64,000 bases of DNA. It comes from Candidatus Cloacimonadales bacterium. Lineage in GTDB: Bacteria; Cloacimonadota; Cloacimonadia; Cloacimonadales; JAFGVF01. A model generated the notes under the pieces. The model was not told where the DNA came from. It saw nothing but the letters and a program-made list of their open reading frames with translations, and made no database searches. Location of the stretch: the NCBI GenBank assembly GCA_963678315.1, contig OY782781.1:1184001-1248000 (forward strand), written 5' to 3'. A program made the position numbers and the translations under genes. Shown here one piece after another: positions 10,514 through 19,458 of the stretch (its first letter is position 1; every line of letters begins with the position of its first letter).

Positions 10514-11578
10514 TTAATTATCTAAAAGTTTTTTTCTAATTTTAGCACTTACTAAGTCCATTATCCAAACAGTCAACGCTATTAAGCAGACTATAGTTCC
10601 AACCCCATTCCAATCAGTCATTTGTTGCTTTTGAAATAGTTGCAGACCTATACCTCCGCCACCAACAAAACCAACAATAGTTGCCATTCTTACATTAATA
10701 TCCCAACGGTATATAGTAAAGGCTAAGAAGGGGTTTATGATTTGAGGTATAACAGCATACTTCCATATCTGCCAAGTATTAGCCCCAGTAGAAGTAATTG
10801 CTTCGATAGGACCTTGGTCAATATTCTCAATCTGTTCCGAGTAAAGCTTTATAAGGGCAGCAATGGAATGAGTCATCAAAGCTAACATACCAGCAAAAGG
10901 TCCGATTCCAACCCACACAGCAAAGATGATTGCCCAAACAATAGCTTCAATTGATCTTACAACAGTAGAAATTGTTCTAACAGTGGTGTAGATTGTTCTA
11001 CCGATAGCAGAATTACCCATCAAGTTGGACGCACCTAAGAAGCTGAAAGCAAATGCAACTGGTACAGCAAAGATAGTCGCCATCAATGCTAAATAAATAG
11101 TTTTTACTAATTCTCCCAACATTGGTACGAATATATCCATATCAGGGTGAAAGAGTCCTCTTAGCACATTAACAGTTCCTTTAATCCCAGTAAAGAACTC
11201 AAGTAAACTTATTTCTACTAGAGCCCATCCAAGTGCTAAAGTTAAGATTAAGGTAATTATAAAGACATTCGAGTGTAGTTTTCTAAAATTAAAGAACTCG
11301 AATTCTCTTTCAGAATAAATTACTTTACCAGGTGATTTTGCTAACAGATTTAATATAATGCCAACAATAATTGAAAATATTATAAGTAAAACTATGCTAA
11401 AGTTTTGATAACACCATGTATCGACTAGTGAAGTTAAATCTTTATTTATGTTAAAAGTAGTGAGGATTTCATTCAGGTTAAGAGTAATATCAGTCCATGT
11501 ATTCACGAAATAGAAGATAATCGAACAGATGTATAAGCTAAACAAGTAGTCTACTAAAAATGCTTTAATTTTATTCAT
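10514..11578 (-). CDS. phnE: Phosphonate/phosphite ABC transporter permease
   Basis: KLYSEQIENID.GPIEA..STGA, YRWDINVR.ATIVGFVGGGGIG. Start ATG 11578 follows GGAG. Confidence 0.85.
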   Translation of the reverse strand: MNKIKAFLVDYLFSLYICSIIFYFVNTWTDITLNLNEILTTFNINKDLTSLVDTWCYQNFSIVLLIIFSIIVGIILNLLAKSPGKVIYSEREFEFFNFRKLHSNVFIITLILTLALGWALVEISLLEFFTGIKGTVNVLRGLFHPDMDIFVPMLGELVKTIYLALMATIFAVPVAFAFSFLGASNLMGNSAIGRTIYTTVRTISTVVRSIEAIVWAIIFAVWVGIGPFAGMLALMTHSIAALIKLYSEQIENIDQGPIEAITSTGANTWQIWKYAVIPQIINPFLAFTIYRWDINVRMATIVGFVGGGGIGLQLFQKQQMTDWNGVGTIVCLIALTVWIMDLVSAKIRKKLLDN

Positions 11579-11579
11579 G

Positions 11580-12332
11580 TTATCTAATCTCCACTTCCTC
11601 TGCATCTTCACCATATATTTGTTTGAATTTGAATTCGTCTATCTCATGAGGGTTACCTGAGAACTTCACGCTTCCATCTTTTAAGGCAACAACTCTAGTT
11701 CCATATTTTCTTGCTAGACTTAAGAAGTGAAGAGAGCAAATAACAGTTATTCCATCTTCTTGGTTTAATCTTCCTAAATAGCTCATAACAGAATCAGCAG
11801 TTGCAGGATCAAGACTGGCTACAGGCTCATCAGCAAGTATCATCTTTGGTCGTTGCATTAAAGCTCTTGCTATTGCTACTCTTTGCTGTTGACCACCACT
11901 CAAATTCTTAACTTTACGCTTAGCAAAGTCTTGTAGTCCAACTCTTTCTAGATTATGCATAGCAAATTCTTTTTCTTCTTTACTCCAGTGAGATAATACA
12001 CTATGCTTGCTAAGATTTCCCGTAAGAACATTAGTTAGCACAGAGATATTTTTAACCAGATTAAACTGTTGGAATATCATAGCTATATCACTTCTGATTT
12101 GTCTCAACTCGCCCTTTTTAGCAGACTCAATGTGTTTGCCTTGGAATATTATCTGACCGCTTGTTGGTTCAATTAATCTGTTGATACAGCGAAGTAGGGT
12201 AGACTTGCCTGAACCTGACAAACCTAATAGAATTACAAACTCATCCTCAGAGATGCTAAGGTCAACATCTCTTAGGGCATGAGTTTCACTATTATAAAAC
12301 TTATTTAGTTTCTTTATATCAAGAGTTTTCAT
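11580..12332 (-). CDS. phnC: Phosphonate ABC transporter ATPase
   Basis: GLSGSGKSTLLRCINRL, LSGGQQQRVAIARAL, ADEPVASLDP. Confidence 0.9.
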   Translation of the reverse strand: MKTLDIKKLNKFYNSETHALRDVDLSISEDEFVILLGLSGSGKSTLLRCINRLIEPTSGQIIFQGKHIESAKKGELRQIRSDIAMIFQQFNLVKNISVLTNVLTGNLSKHSVLSHWSKEEKEFAMHNLERVGLQDFAKRKVKNLSGGQQQRVAIARALMQRPKMILADEPVASLDPATADSVMSYLGRLNQEDGITVICSLHFLSLARKYGTRVVALKDGSVKFSGNPHEIDEFKFKQIYGEDAEEVEIR

Positions 12333-12333
12333 C

Positions 12334-13233
12334 TTAAAGCTTTAACAATCCTTTGTTTTCAATCATTTCTAGAGTTTCTCTTATTTCATCATAAGCACTA
12401 TCGTCAACTCTTTTTAAGCCATCAACTTCATAAAGCTCTTTAAACGCTTTTTTACCTTCAGGGGTTTCTTTGAATGTATTGATTGCTTCAATCAATTTAT
12501 CTGCAACATCTTTAGGTAAGTCTTTTCTGAAAGTACAATTATCATTAGGAATCCAATCTGTGAATCCAACTATCTTTGTCTTTGTGAATACATCAGGAAC
12601 ATCAGTCAAAAGTTTCTTCCTAGCATCTTGAGGTACACCGTCAATTGCTGGAGACCAGTATGTACAAGCAACATCTGCTTTACCTTCAAGTACAGCTCTG
12701 ACTGCACTATCATGGCCACCAACAAATATCTTCTCTTTAGGAATTATATTGTTTTTTGCTAACAATACTGATGGAATTACGTAACCAGATGTTGATGCTG
12801 CGTCTGTATAAGCAATGACTTTACCTTGAATATCTTCAATAGATTTTATTTCTGAGTTTGCTCTAGTTATGAATTGCCCTCTGTACTCTGATAATCCATG
12901 TCTTACAGTTTGGAAGGTAGCATAAGCTCCATATTTCTTATTAGCTAAGTAGTAAGCGTAAGTTGGTAACCATGCTACATCTGCTCTGCCAACCCCCATT
13001 GTTTCCACGACTGCTGCATAGCTAGTCGGAACTTCTGATTCTATCTCATAACCTGTCAATTCTTCTAATGCTTCTTCAATGATTTTACCAGAAGACATCA
13101 ATTTATTCTGTTCTAATGAAGGTACAAAATACATGGTTATAGGGTTACTTTTTGTCCCTTTAGGACCTTTTGTACATCCAACTAGTGTTGCAATAATTAC
13201 AGCTATTAACAATATACGACTTATAATCTTCAT
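12334..13233 (-). CDS. phnD: Phosphate/phosphite/phosphonate-binding lipoprotein
   Basis: Lipobox LVGC, SYAAVVE, D.ASTSGY..P, GGHD. Adjacent to phnC/phnE. Confidence 0.85.
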   Translation of the reverse strand: MKIISRILLIAVIIATLVGCTKGPKGTKSNPITMYFVPSLEQNKLMSSGKIIEEALEELTGYEIESEVPTSYAAVVETMGVGRADVAWLPTYAYYLANKKYGAYATFQTVRHGLSEYRGQFITRANSEIKSIEDIQGKVIAYTDAASTSGYVIPSVLLAKNNIIPKEKIFVGGHDSAVRAVLEGKADVACTYWSPAIDGVPQDARKKLLTDVPDVFTKTKIVGFTDWIPNDNCTFRKDLPKDVADKLIEAINTFKETPEGKKAFKELYEVDGLKRVDDSAYDEIRETLEMIENKGLLKL

Positions 13234-13246
13234 TATCACCTCAACT

Positions 13247-13930
13247 TTATAGAATATCTTTTAAATCTAAAAGATTTGTTATATGGAAATCAGGTACAAT
13301 TTCAGAAGTTTTCTCTAAAGGATTATACCAACAAGTTGAAATACCTGCATTTATTCCACCTTTTATGTCTGAGTTTATACTATCTCCAATCATTAAAATA
13401 CTATCGTCTTTGTTTATATTACTTTTCTCGAATAATGTGCTAAAGAAACCAATATCAGGTTTTTGATAACCTAGTTCTTGGGAAATTCCTATATAAGAAA
13501 AATAAGCTAGCATCTCTGAAGATTTAAGCCTTGGGTATTGAACATCAGGTAAACCATTACTTGCCAGAAGAATATTATAACCTTTTTCTTGTAGATAATT
13601 AAGAATCTCATAACTTCCAGGAAGTGGGTGAGCATTTTGGGATAAGAATCTAGTATACTGGTCAGCGCAGTCATAAGGATCAACATCTTTTTTCCCAATT
13701 TGTGTCATGAATTCTTTGTGTCGCATCACCTTTAAATCAGATATACTGATTCTTCCTTCTTCATATTTTTTCCAAAAACCATTGTTAATAGTTTTATATT
13801 TGTATCTTAAATCTTGAAAATCACCTTGAATATGATAAAAATCAAACAAGTTCTCTAGTGCTTTTTGTTCTGCTAAATCATAATCTAATAGTGTATTATC
13901 TAAATCAAATATTATATGCTTAAACTTCAT
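13247..13930 (-). CDS. HAD hydrolase, YjjG-like nucleotidase
   Basis: FDLDNTL, SNG, KP, MIGDSINSDI.GG. ATG overlaps the upstream stop (TAATG). Confidence 0.85.
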   Translation of the reverse strand: MKFKHIIFDLDNTLLDYDLAEQKALENLFDFYHIQGDFQDLRYKYKTINNGFWKKYEEGRISISDLKVMRHKEFMTQIGKKDVDPYDCADQYTRFLSQNAHPLPGSYEILNYLQEKGYNILLASNGLPDVQYPRLKSSEMLAYFSYIGISQELGYQKPDIGFFSTLFEKSNINKDDSILMIGDSINSDIKGGINAGISTCWYNPLEKTSEIVPDFHITNLLDLKDIL

Positions 13931-15207
13931 TACTTCCCTTTTGTTTTTATTTCCCATCCCTCAAATAGAGGATTTGTTATTAATATATTTCTATCTAGCT
14001 CTTCAATAATTTTATCTTGGCTATAGTTGTCTAAGGTAATTCCTTCAGAATTAAAGATATCACCCGAGAATACAGGAATCTCATTAGTTCTGAGTTGCAT
14101 TTGTTTGTTTATGTCTTGAAAGGTTAATAAGCCACAGACAGTTACAGTCTCTCCCATAAAGTAATTCTTAATCTTTACAGTTCTAGCTCTTAGGGGAGCG
14201 ATTAAATGGTCTAGTTCTTCAACTATTTTGCTGATAAAACCATAAGCTGATTCGCCTGTTACAAAAAGTAAATCTTGCTTTACTTCATCTTTAATATAAT
14301 CAGCAAAAACTTCTTTATCATAATCCCAGTTATCTAAGAACATTCTTACCATACCAATACCATTTTCTATCTCATCGTAGGAACCATAGTAACTGCTTTC
14401 TGGGATTTCTCTATCAGCTTGAATAAAGAATTCGTCTGAAGCATAAATATTCTCAAAATTAGCTTTGAATTTATCAACTGTATCGAGAACTTTTGTCGCA
14501 AGACCTGGAGTAAACATTGGAAGCTTTTTTAAATGTCCTCTATGTTTAGTGATTCCAACAGGTACAACACCAATTCCAATTGTATTTAATTCAGGATTAG
14601 TCAGTTCTCTTAATGATCTTTCTAGTTGCTCACCATCATTATATCCAGGAACTAGAACTAGTTGAGTATGATACTCAATCCCACCCTTAGCTAATTTTCT
14701 TAATCTAGAAAGAATATCACAATCTTGCTTATATCCCATCATCTCTTTTCTTAGCTGGGGATTAGTAGCATGTACTGAAACATATAATGGCGTGATTTTC
14801 ATCTTGATTATTTTATCTATTATCTCTTCACTTAAGTTGGTAAGTGTTATGTAATTACCATAAATGAAAGAATAAGCATAATCGTCATCTTTTATGTATA
14901 ATGATTCTCGCATTCCTGAAGGCATCTGATCAACAAAACAGAAGATACAATTATTTGTGCATTCTCTGCATCTATGCTCTTCTGTTAAAACACCTAAAGG
15001 AGCTTCAATACTCTTTTCTAAATGCTTAGTTAGCAAGTGACCTTCATTAATAATTTCAATAACTAATTCTTCTTCAGCTGAAAAGTAGTTAATATCTAGA
15101 AAATCATAGATATGATTTCCATTTATTTTAACTATAAAATCGTTAGCTTTTATGCCAACTTCTTCCGCTAGAGAACCATTTTCAACTTGAATTACTTTTA
15201 TTGCCAT
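13930..15207 (-). CDS. PDZ + radical-SAM-like Fe-S protein (DUF512 family)
   Basis: N-terminal PDZ-like segment, CTNNCIFC, DQMP.GMRESLY.KDDD, ENGIGMVR. Confidence 0.85.
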   Translation of the reverse strand: MAIKVIQVENGSLAEEVGIKANDFIVKINGNHIYDFLDINYFSAEEELVIEIINEGHLLTKHLEKSIEAPLGVLTEEHRCRECTNNCIFCFVDQMPSGMRESLYIKDDDYAYSFIYGNYITLTNLSEEIIDKIIKMKITPLYVSVHATNPQLRKEMMGYKQDCDILSRLRKLAKGGIEYHTQLVLVPGYNDGEQLERSLRELTNPELNTIGIGVVPVGITKHRGHLKKLPMFTPGLATKVLDTVDKFKANFENIYASDEFFIQADREIPESSYYGSYDEIENGIGMVRMFLDNWDYDKEVFADYIKDEVKQDLLFVTGESAYGFISKIVEELDHLIAPLRARTVKIKNYFMGETVTVCGLLTFQDINKQMQLRTNEIPVFSGDIFNSEGITLDNYSQDKIIEELDRNILITNPLFEGWEIKTKGK

Positions 15208-15461
15208 GTCTTTGTATTTATTACCTTTATTTTATGTTTTCTATAGTTTACTATTTTTTTCCTAAGTTAATTAGTGTCTAGCTTTTTTGTGTAAAATGAT
15301 ATTCACAATTGATTATCAGTAATATACAATATTATTTTAGATAGGCATTCTGTAATGCTAACACACTATTGAACAACATTAAAGCTAATCTAATCATTTT
15401 AAAAACTTCTTAAAAGAGAAAAATTCTTCTTGACTAAAGTTAGCTTTTTATAACACCTGTA

Positions 15462-15483
15462 TTTATTAGTAAATACTAACAAA
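15462..15483. promoter_or_regulatory. Palindromic operator (metalloregulator-like)
   Basis: tttaTTAGTAAATACTAAcaaa directly upstream of the AGGAG RBS. Confidence 0.5.
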
Positions 15484-15498
15484 TCATTAGGAGTTATT

Positions 15499-16518
15499 AT
15501 GAGAAAGTTATTTATTATGTTTACGATTTTATTCGTAGTGGGGAACATTTATTCTTATCAGCTTGAGATGCCTAAAATCCATGCTGGTATCATGCTCGAT
15601 AGTAAGTTTTATAGTGGGGACCATGCTAATTCTGGTGACTATAATACTACTAACAGATATCAAGTCAGAAAAGCTGCATTTGAAGTATATGGTAGATTAG
15701 ACGAACAAATAAGTTATTCTATTGAAGCAGGAATCTCTACTTGTGTGGGAGCAGGAACTAACCTAAAACTGATGAATGCAGTTATTGAGTATGAATGGAA
15801 TGAGAATATTACTTTAGCCTTGCAACAAGGGCATGTCTTAAGAGGATTCTCTGGTGTTACAGAATGTAGCGACAGAATTCCCTTAGAAAGACCAGTCTTC
15901 TATACTTCTATGACGACATGTCATCCTACAGGTTTTGTTGCAAACTTCTATTATGACCTTCCAGCAAATACATCAATAGAATTTGAAGCAGGTCTTATGA
16001 ATGGTACTACCGAAACATTAGATGGAGAGCATGATTTTAACTTTGGTGCTATTTACACAAGTCCAATACCTGGTTTGTCAGTAACTGGTGTGTATAACCA
16101 TACAAGTGCAAACTATTATATTGATGGCAAGAACCAAAGCAAAGATGGTAATCGAATTATTGCTGGTTTAAAATATGAATTGGATAATCTTAGCTTAAGT
16201 GGCGAATATTATACAGGTGAGGGTTTTGATACTTATGACCGTGAATACGATGCTTATTATTTATTAGCAGCTTATCGAATAGATACTAATTTCACAAGCA
16301 AGATTTCTTATATTCAACCTTATGCCCGTTATACCTTTTGGGATAAAGCGGCTGAAGATGACATAGATAATCAATATACATTCTTGGATCTTGGAATCAA
16401 TATTTCTCTTTCTTCTACAACTAAGTTGAAATTAGGCTATCAGAAGAATCTAGACCAACCAGAAGAATTTAAAGAAAGTCCTTCATGCCTAATGGCAAGA
16501 CTTCAAATCAATATTTAG
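15499..16518 (+). CDS. Outer-membrane porin-like beta-barrel (OprO/P-like)
   Basis: Signal peptide, alternating amphipathic strands, C-terminal ARLQINI. Cys/His motifs STCVG, TECSD and TTCHPTG. Confidence 0.65.
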   Translation: MRKLFIMFTILFVVGNIYSYQLEMPKIHAGIMLDSKFYSGDHANSGDYNTTNRYQVRKAAFEVYGRLDEQISYSIEAGISTCVGAGTNLKLMNAVIEYEWNENITLALQQGHVLRGFSGVTECSDRIPLERPVFYTSMTTCHPTGFVANFYYDLPANTSIEFEAGLMNGTTETLDGEHDFNFGAIYTSPIPGLSVTGVYNHTSANYYIDGKNQSKDGNRIIAGLKYELDNLSLSGEYYTGEGFDTYDREYDAYYLLAAYRIDTNFTSKISYIQPYARYTFWDKAAEDDIDNQYTFLDLGINISLSSTTKLKLGYQKNLDQPEEFKESPSCLMARLQINI

Positions 16519-16526
16519 GAGGAAAC

Positions 16527-17408
16527 ATGAAAAAAATTTATACTATTATTATATCTATTATAGCCATTTTAGCTGTAAATGCTGAAACAGTCACTTTAAG
16601 TCCTATAAGTGACACATATACTGATGTTGAACACCCATCCGAGTCTCCCGTTCTTACAGAGCTATGGACAGCTAATTTTACACCTGCTGGTATGTTTCAA
16701 AGAATCGTAATTGATTTCGACTTGAACGACGTCCTCCAAAGCAATGTCACACATGCAGAGCTTAATCTAACACGTTTTTTTAGCTGTCCAAGCTCTGGTT
16801 CAACAATAACTAAAATCTATCCGATTACAGAAGAATGGAATGAATCTTCCTGCAATCCTCATTCACATTTAGCTTATGACGTGAACATATACCAAGAAGT
16901 TCCTTTTATTGGAACAGGAGGATCTTCTATTGTTCAGTTTAACATTGATATTACTCAGCTAATTAACGATATACAGGATTCTGAGATTGATTTTCATGGC
17001 TTCGTAATCATTGCTAACTCTGGTCAGAAGTTCAGTAAATTCTATTCTAAAGAATATTCAAATGAAGATTATCGACCTAATTTAAGTATCGATTATTCTC
17101 CAGTAGCAAATGCTGGTGATGCTATTGAGCTTACAAGCCTAAAAGCAGATGTTTATCCTAATCCTTTCAATCCTACAACTACAATCTCCTTTTCAAATTC
17201 GTCAAACAATGATGTTACTATCTCAATATTTGATTTGAGAGGGAGATTGATTAAAAAGATAAGTCATATTGATTCTAAGAATGGTGAAAATAGTATTACT
17301 TGGAATGGTAAAGATTATAATAATAAAGAAGTTTCTTCTGGTATCTACTTCGCTAGAGTGGACAATAAGAATGAAGCAGTAACAAAGAAACTAATATTAC
17401 AAAAGTGA
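16527..17408 (+). CDS. Secreted DNRLRE-like domain protein with FlgD/T9SS-like C-terminus
   Basis: Start follows GGAGG. PISDTY, IDFDL, FYSKE...RPNLSIDY, then YPNPFNP...SGIYF. Confidence 0.75.
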   Translation: MKKIYTIIISIIAILAVNAETVTLSPISDTYTDVEHPSESPVLTELWTANFTPAGMFQRIVIDFDLNDVLQSNVTHAELNLTRFFSCPSSGSTITKIYPITEEWNESSCNPHSHLAYDVNIYQEVPFIGTGGSSIVQFNIDITQLINDIQDSEIDFHGFVIIANSGQKFSKFYSKEYSNEDYRPNLSIDYSPVANAGDAIELTSLKADVYPNPFNPTTTISFSNSSNNDVTISIFDLRGRLIKKISHIDSKNGENSITWNGKDYNNKEVSSGIYFARVDNKNEAVTKKLILQK

Positions 17409-17415
17409 TAAAATC

Positions 17416-17898
17416 ATGAAAAGAGTATCTCTATTTTTACTAGTTTTGCTTATTTGTATTAAACTATTTGCAGTTTCAGAACAACAACGATTGGTTGATT
17501 ATCTAGACGATAATAATTATTCAAATTATGAAGTTATAGTTACGGAAGATAGCTTAATATATGCCCAGATCAAAAAGAAGGATACAGCAACTTATCTAGT
17601 ATTGAGTTCAGATAATCTTGAAGTGCATGGATATGAAGGAAAAACAAAAGTTGCCCTCTTTTTTGATAGTCTTGCCAACATTTTAGAAGTGAAAATTGTT
17701 AAATCTAGGGATACTCGTTCATTTGTTAAAAGACTAAAAAGCTCAAATTTTCTTGAACAGTTCGTGAATTGGAAGGGTAAAGGTGAAATTGTTTCTAAAA
17801 CAGGAGTAACCTTTACCTCCGACTCCGTTACCCAAACAGTTAAAAATCTAATCCCTTATATAAATAGAATCTCTAAAATAATTAATCAACAAGATTAG
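17416..17898 (+). CDS. Extracytoplasmic FMN-binding domain protein
   Basis: Signal peptide, GYEG, SRDT, FLEQF, flavinylation-like TGVTFTS (canonical S/T-G-A-T). Confidence 0.65.
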   Translation: MKRVSLFLLVLLICIKLFAVSEQQRLVDYLDDNNYSNYEVIVTEDSLIYAQIKKKDTATYLVLSSDNLEVHGYEGKTKVALFFDSLANILEVKIVKSRDTRSFVKRLKSSNFLEQFVNWKGKGEIVSKTGVTFTSDSVTQTVKNLIPYINRISKIINQQD

Positions 17899-17924
17899 TT
17901 ATTTCTTCTATTCATTAACCAGAT

Positions 17925-17960
17925 AAATAAACACCTGCCTAGGTAGGTGTTTATTTTATT
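17925..17960 (+). terminator. Intrinsic terminator
   Basis: AAATAAACACCTGCCT/AGGTAGGTGTTTATTT inverted repeat with T-rich tail. Confidence 0.7.
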
Positions 17961-18020
17961 ATACGAACTAGCTTTACTCTGCGAAGTCAAAGCAATATTA
18001 TCCTTTATATTATAGACAAT

Positions 18021-18051
18021 AAAAAAAGCTCACAGATAAACTGAGAGCTTT
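18021..18051 (-). terminator. Intrinsic terminator
   Basis: AAAGCTCACAG-ATAAA-CTGAGAGCTTT preceded by an A-run (U-tract on the minus strand). Confidence 0.65.
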
Positions 18052-18073
18052 GAAAATTTAATTAATTAACTAT

Positions 18074-18556
18074 TTATTTAATAGTTGTAGGGATATTGTT
18101 TCTGCGAAGTTTCCAGATATTTCCACTTTTTCTTTTTAGAAGTCTTTTAATTTCATCCCATGTAAGTGTTCTTCTAACTTGGTGCATAGTAGCATCACCA
18201 GTATCAAAAACATCAGTTATATCAGATCTGTCATTATATGATACTTTATAAACATTATAGCGTTCTTGATTACTTAAATTTGCTATATGATAGATATTAA
18301 AGAATTGATTATCAGTATAACCTTTTACCATGAATTCATTATCATCGTCTGTGTTACCAGAAGTAATAATATATACAAAATCATCAGAAGTTGAAACATT
18401 ATCTTCCCATGAAATTCTTACATTATGATAATTATCCATATATTGAGTTAATATTGTTATTCTATTATCACTATTACTATAACTTACAAAATCTTCTGTT
18501 GCAAAAACAGATAAGCAAAAGACTGCTAATACAAGAATTAATACGATTCTTTTCAC
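18074..18556 (-). CDS. Hypothetical secreted protein
   Basis: GTG start after AAGGTG, signal peptide, own terminator. Confidence 0.7.
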   Translation of the reverse strand: MKRIVLILVLAVFCLSVFATEDFVSYSNSDNRITILTQYMDNYHNVRISWEDNVSTSDDFVYIITSGNTDDDNEFMVKGYTDNQFFNIYHIANLSNQERYNVYKVSYNDRSDITDVFDTGDATMHQVRRTLTWDEIKRLLKRKSGNIWKLRRNNIPTTIK

Positions 18557-18640
18557 TATTTCACCTTCTTTATTCTTTTATTTACTTATAAAATAGTTAC
18601 TTACAAAAAGATGTCAAGGAAAAAGTCATTTTTCTTGATT

Positions 18641-19153
18641 ATCCCAAGCTCTGGGACAGCAAGCAACAGTCTTAGCCTGTCAAAGTCCTTGCTTGCGAAA
18701 GACGAACAGCCGTTCGTCTATATAATTTGGTAAGCATGAACTATGTTCAACCTAGCGGTGGATGCTTACACTCCTATGTCCAGTCCTAAATAATTTGACT
18801 GTTTTTCGTGTTATTCGTGCTTTTCGTGGTAAACTTCTCTGTTTGCAGATAAAGCTTAGCCTTTATGTCGCCCTTTCAGTGCTTTTTTTATTTTTTAACT
18901 ATTACATGGAGGGCAAGCCTCCATGCTTAGTATATGCCACCCCTTCGGGGTTTTTATGGATAGCAACTCCTCAATTCTCCAATAAGTTTAATTCTTAATT
19001 CTACATTATCAATTCTTTGCCGGCTATCCGGCAGTAGCCGGACTAAAGGCAAAGCGTTCCCAGTAACTTTCTAAATCCTCACTCCTAACTCCGTCCTTAC
19101 TTGCCTCCTTGAAAAATCGGCTGTTTTTCAAAGAGGCAAGTAATCACCAATTG
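18641..19153 (-). repeat. Intergenic hairpin mosaic A (REP/BIME-like)
   Basis: Contains the ~185-nt core (18777-18962) as the reverse complement of 31546-31730, plus modules shared with 41344, 50040, 50071 and 62575. Confidence 0.9.
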
Positions 19154-19161
19154 TCCAGGTA

Positions 19162-19458
19162 TTAATCGTAAAGATAGATATGAAGATCTAGCTTGTCATT
19201 CTGAAAGACTATTCCTTCTGCTTCTAACCTAGCTCTTTGTTCTTGTCCAGCAATACCTTTGAGAGATATTTTACCTTGTGAATTAATTACTCTATGCCAG
19301 GGTAAATCGTATTTGTCAGAAGAACTATGAAGTAAATTGCTAACTAATCTAGCAGATCTTGGACTTCCAGCTCTTCTTGCCACTTCTCCATAGGTCAGAA
19401 CTTTACCCTCTGGTATATCTGAGATTATTCTAATAATTTCTTTTGCTAGATCTGACAT
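19162..19458 (-). CDS. atl: Alkyltransferase-like (ATL/YbaZ) O6-alkylguanine-binding protein
   Basis: IPEGKVLTYGEVA...PWHRV (Trp in place of the catalytic Cys of Ogt). Confidence 0.88.
   Translation of the reverse strand: MSDLAKEIIRIISDIPEGKVLTYGEVARRAGSPRSARLVSNLLHSSSDKYDLPWHRVINSQGKISLKGIAGQEQRARLEAEGIVFQNDKLDLHIYLYD

Noticed and set aside
15499..17898. Selenocysteine recoding in the Cys-motif proteins
   Set aside because: The frames are open with Cys codons. The only TGA (17406-17408) follows a normal sorting-domain end.
18762..18998. 78-aa ORF and its near-twin at 31512-31712
   Set aside because: Both are translations of the repeat core. There is no RBS, their ends differ, and the copy near 50300 has shorter A-runs.
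18641..19153. Mosaics as integron attC sites, tRNAs or riboswitches
   Set aside because: No GTTRRRY/RYYYAAC ends, no cassette-like gene array, no cloverleaf or recognisable aptamer consensus.
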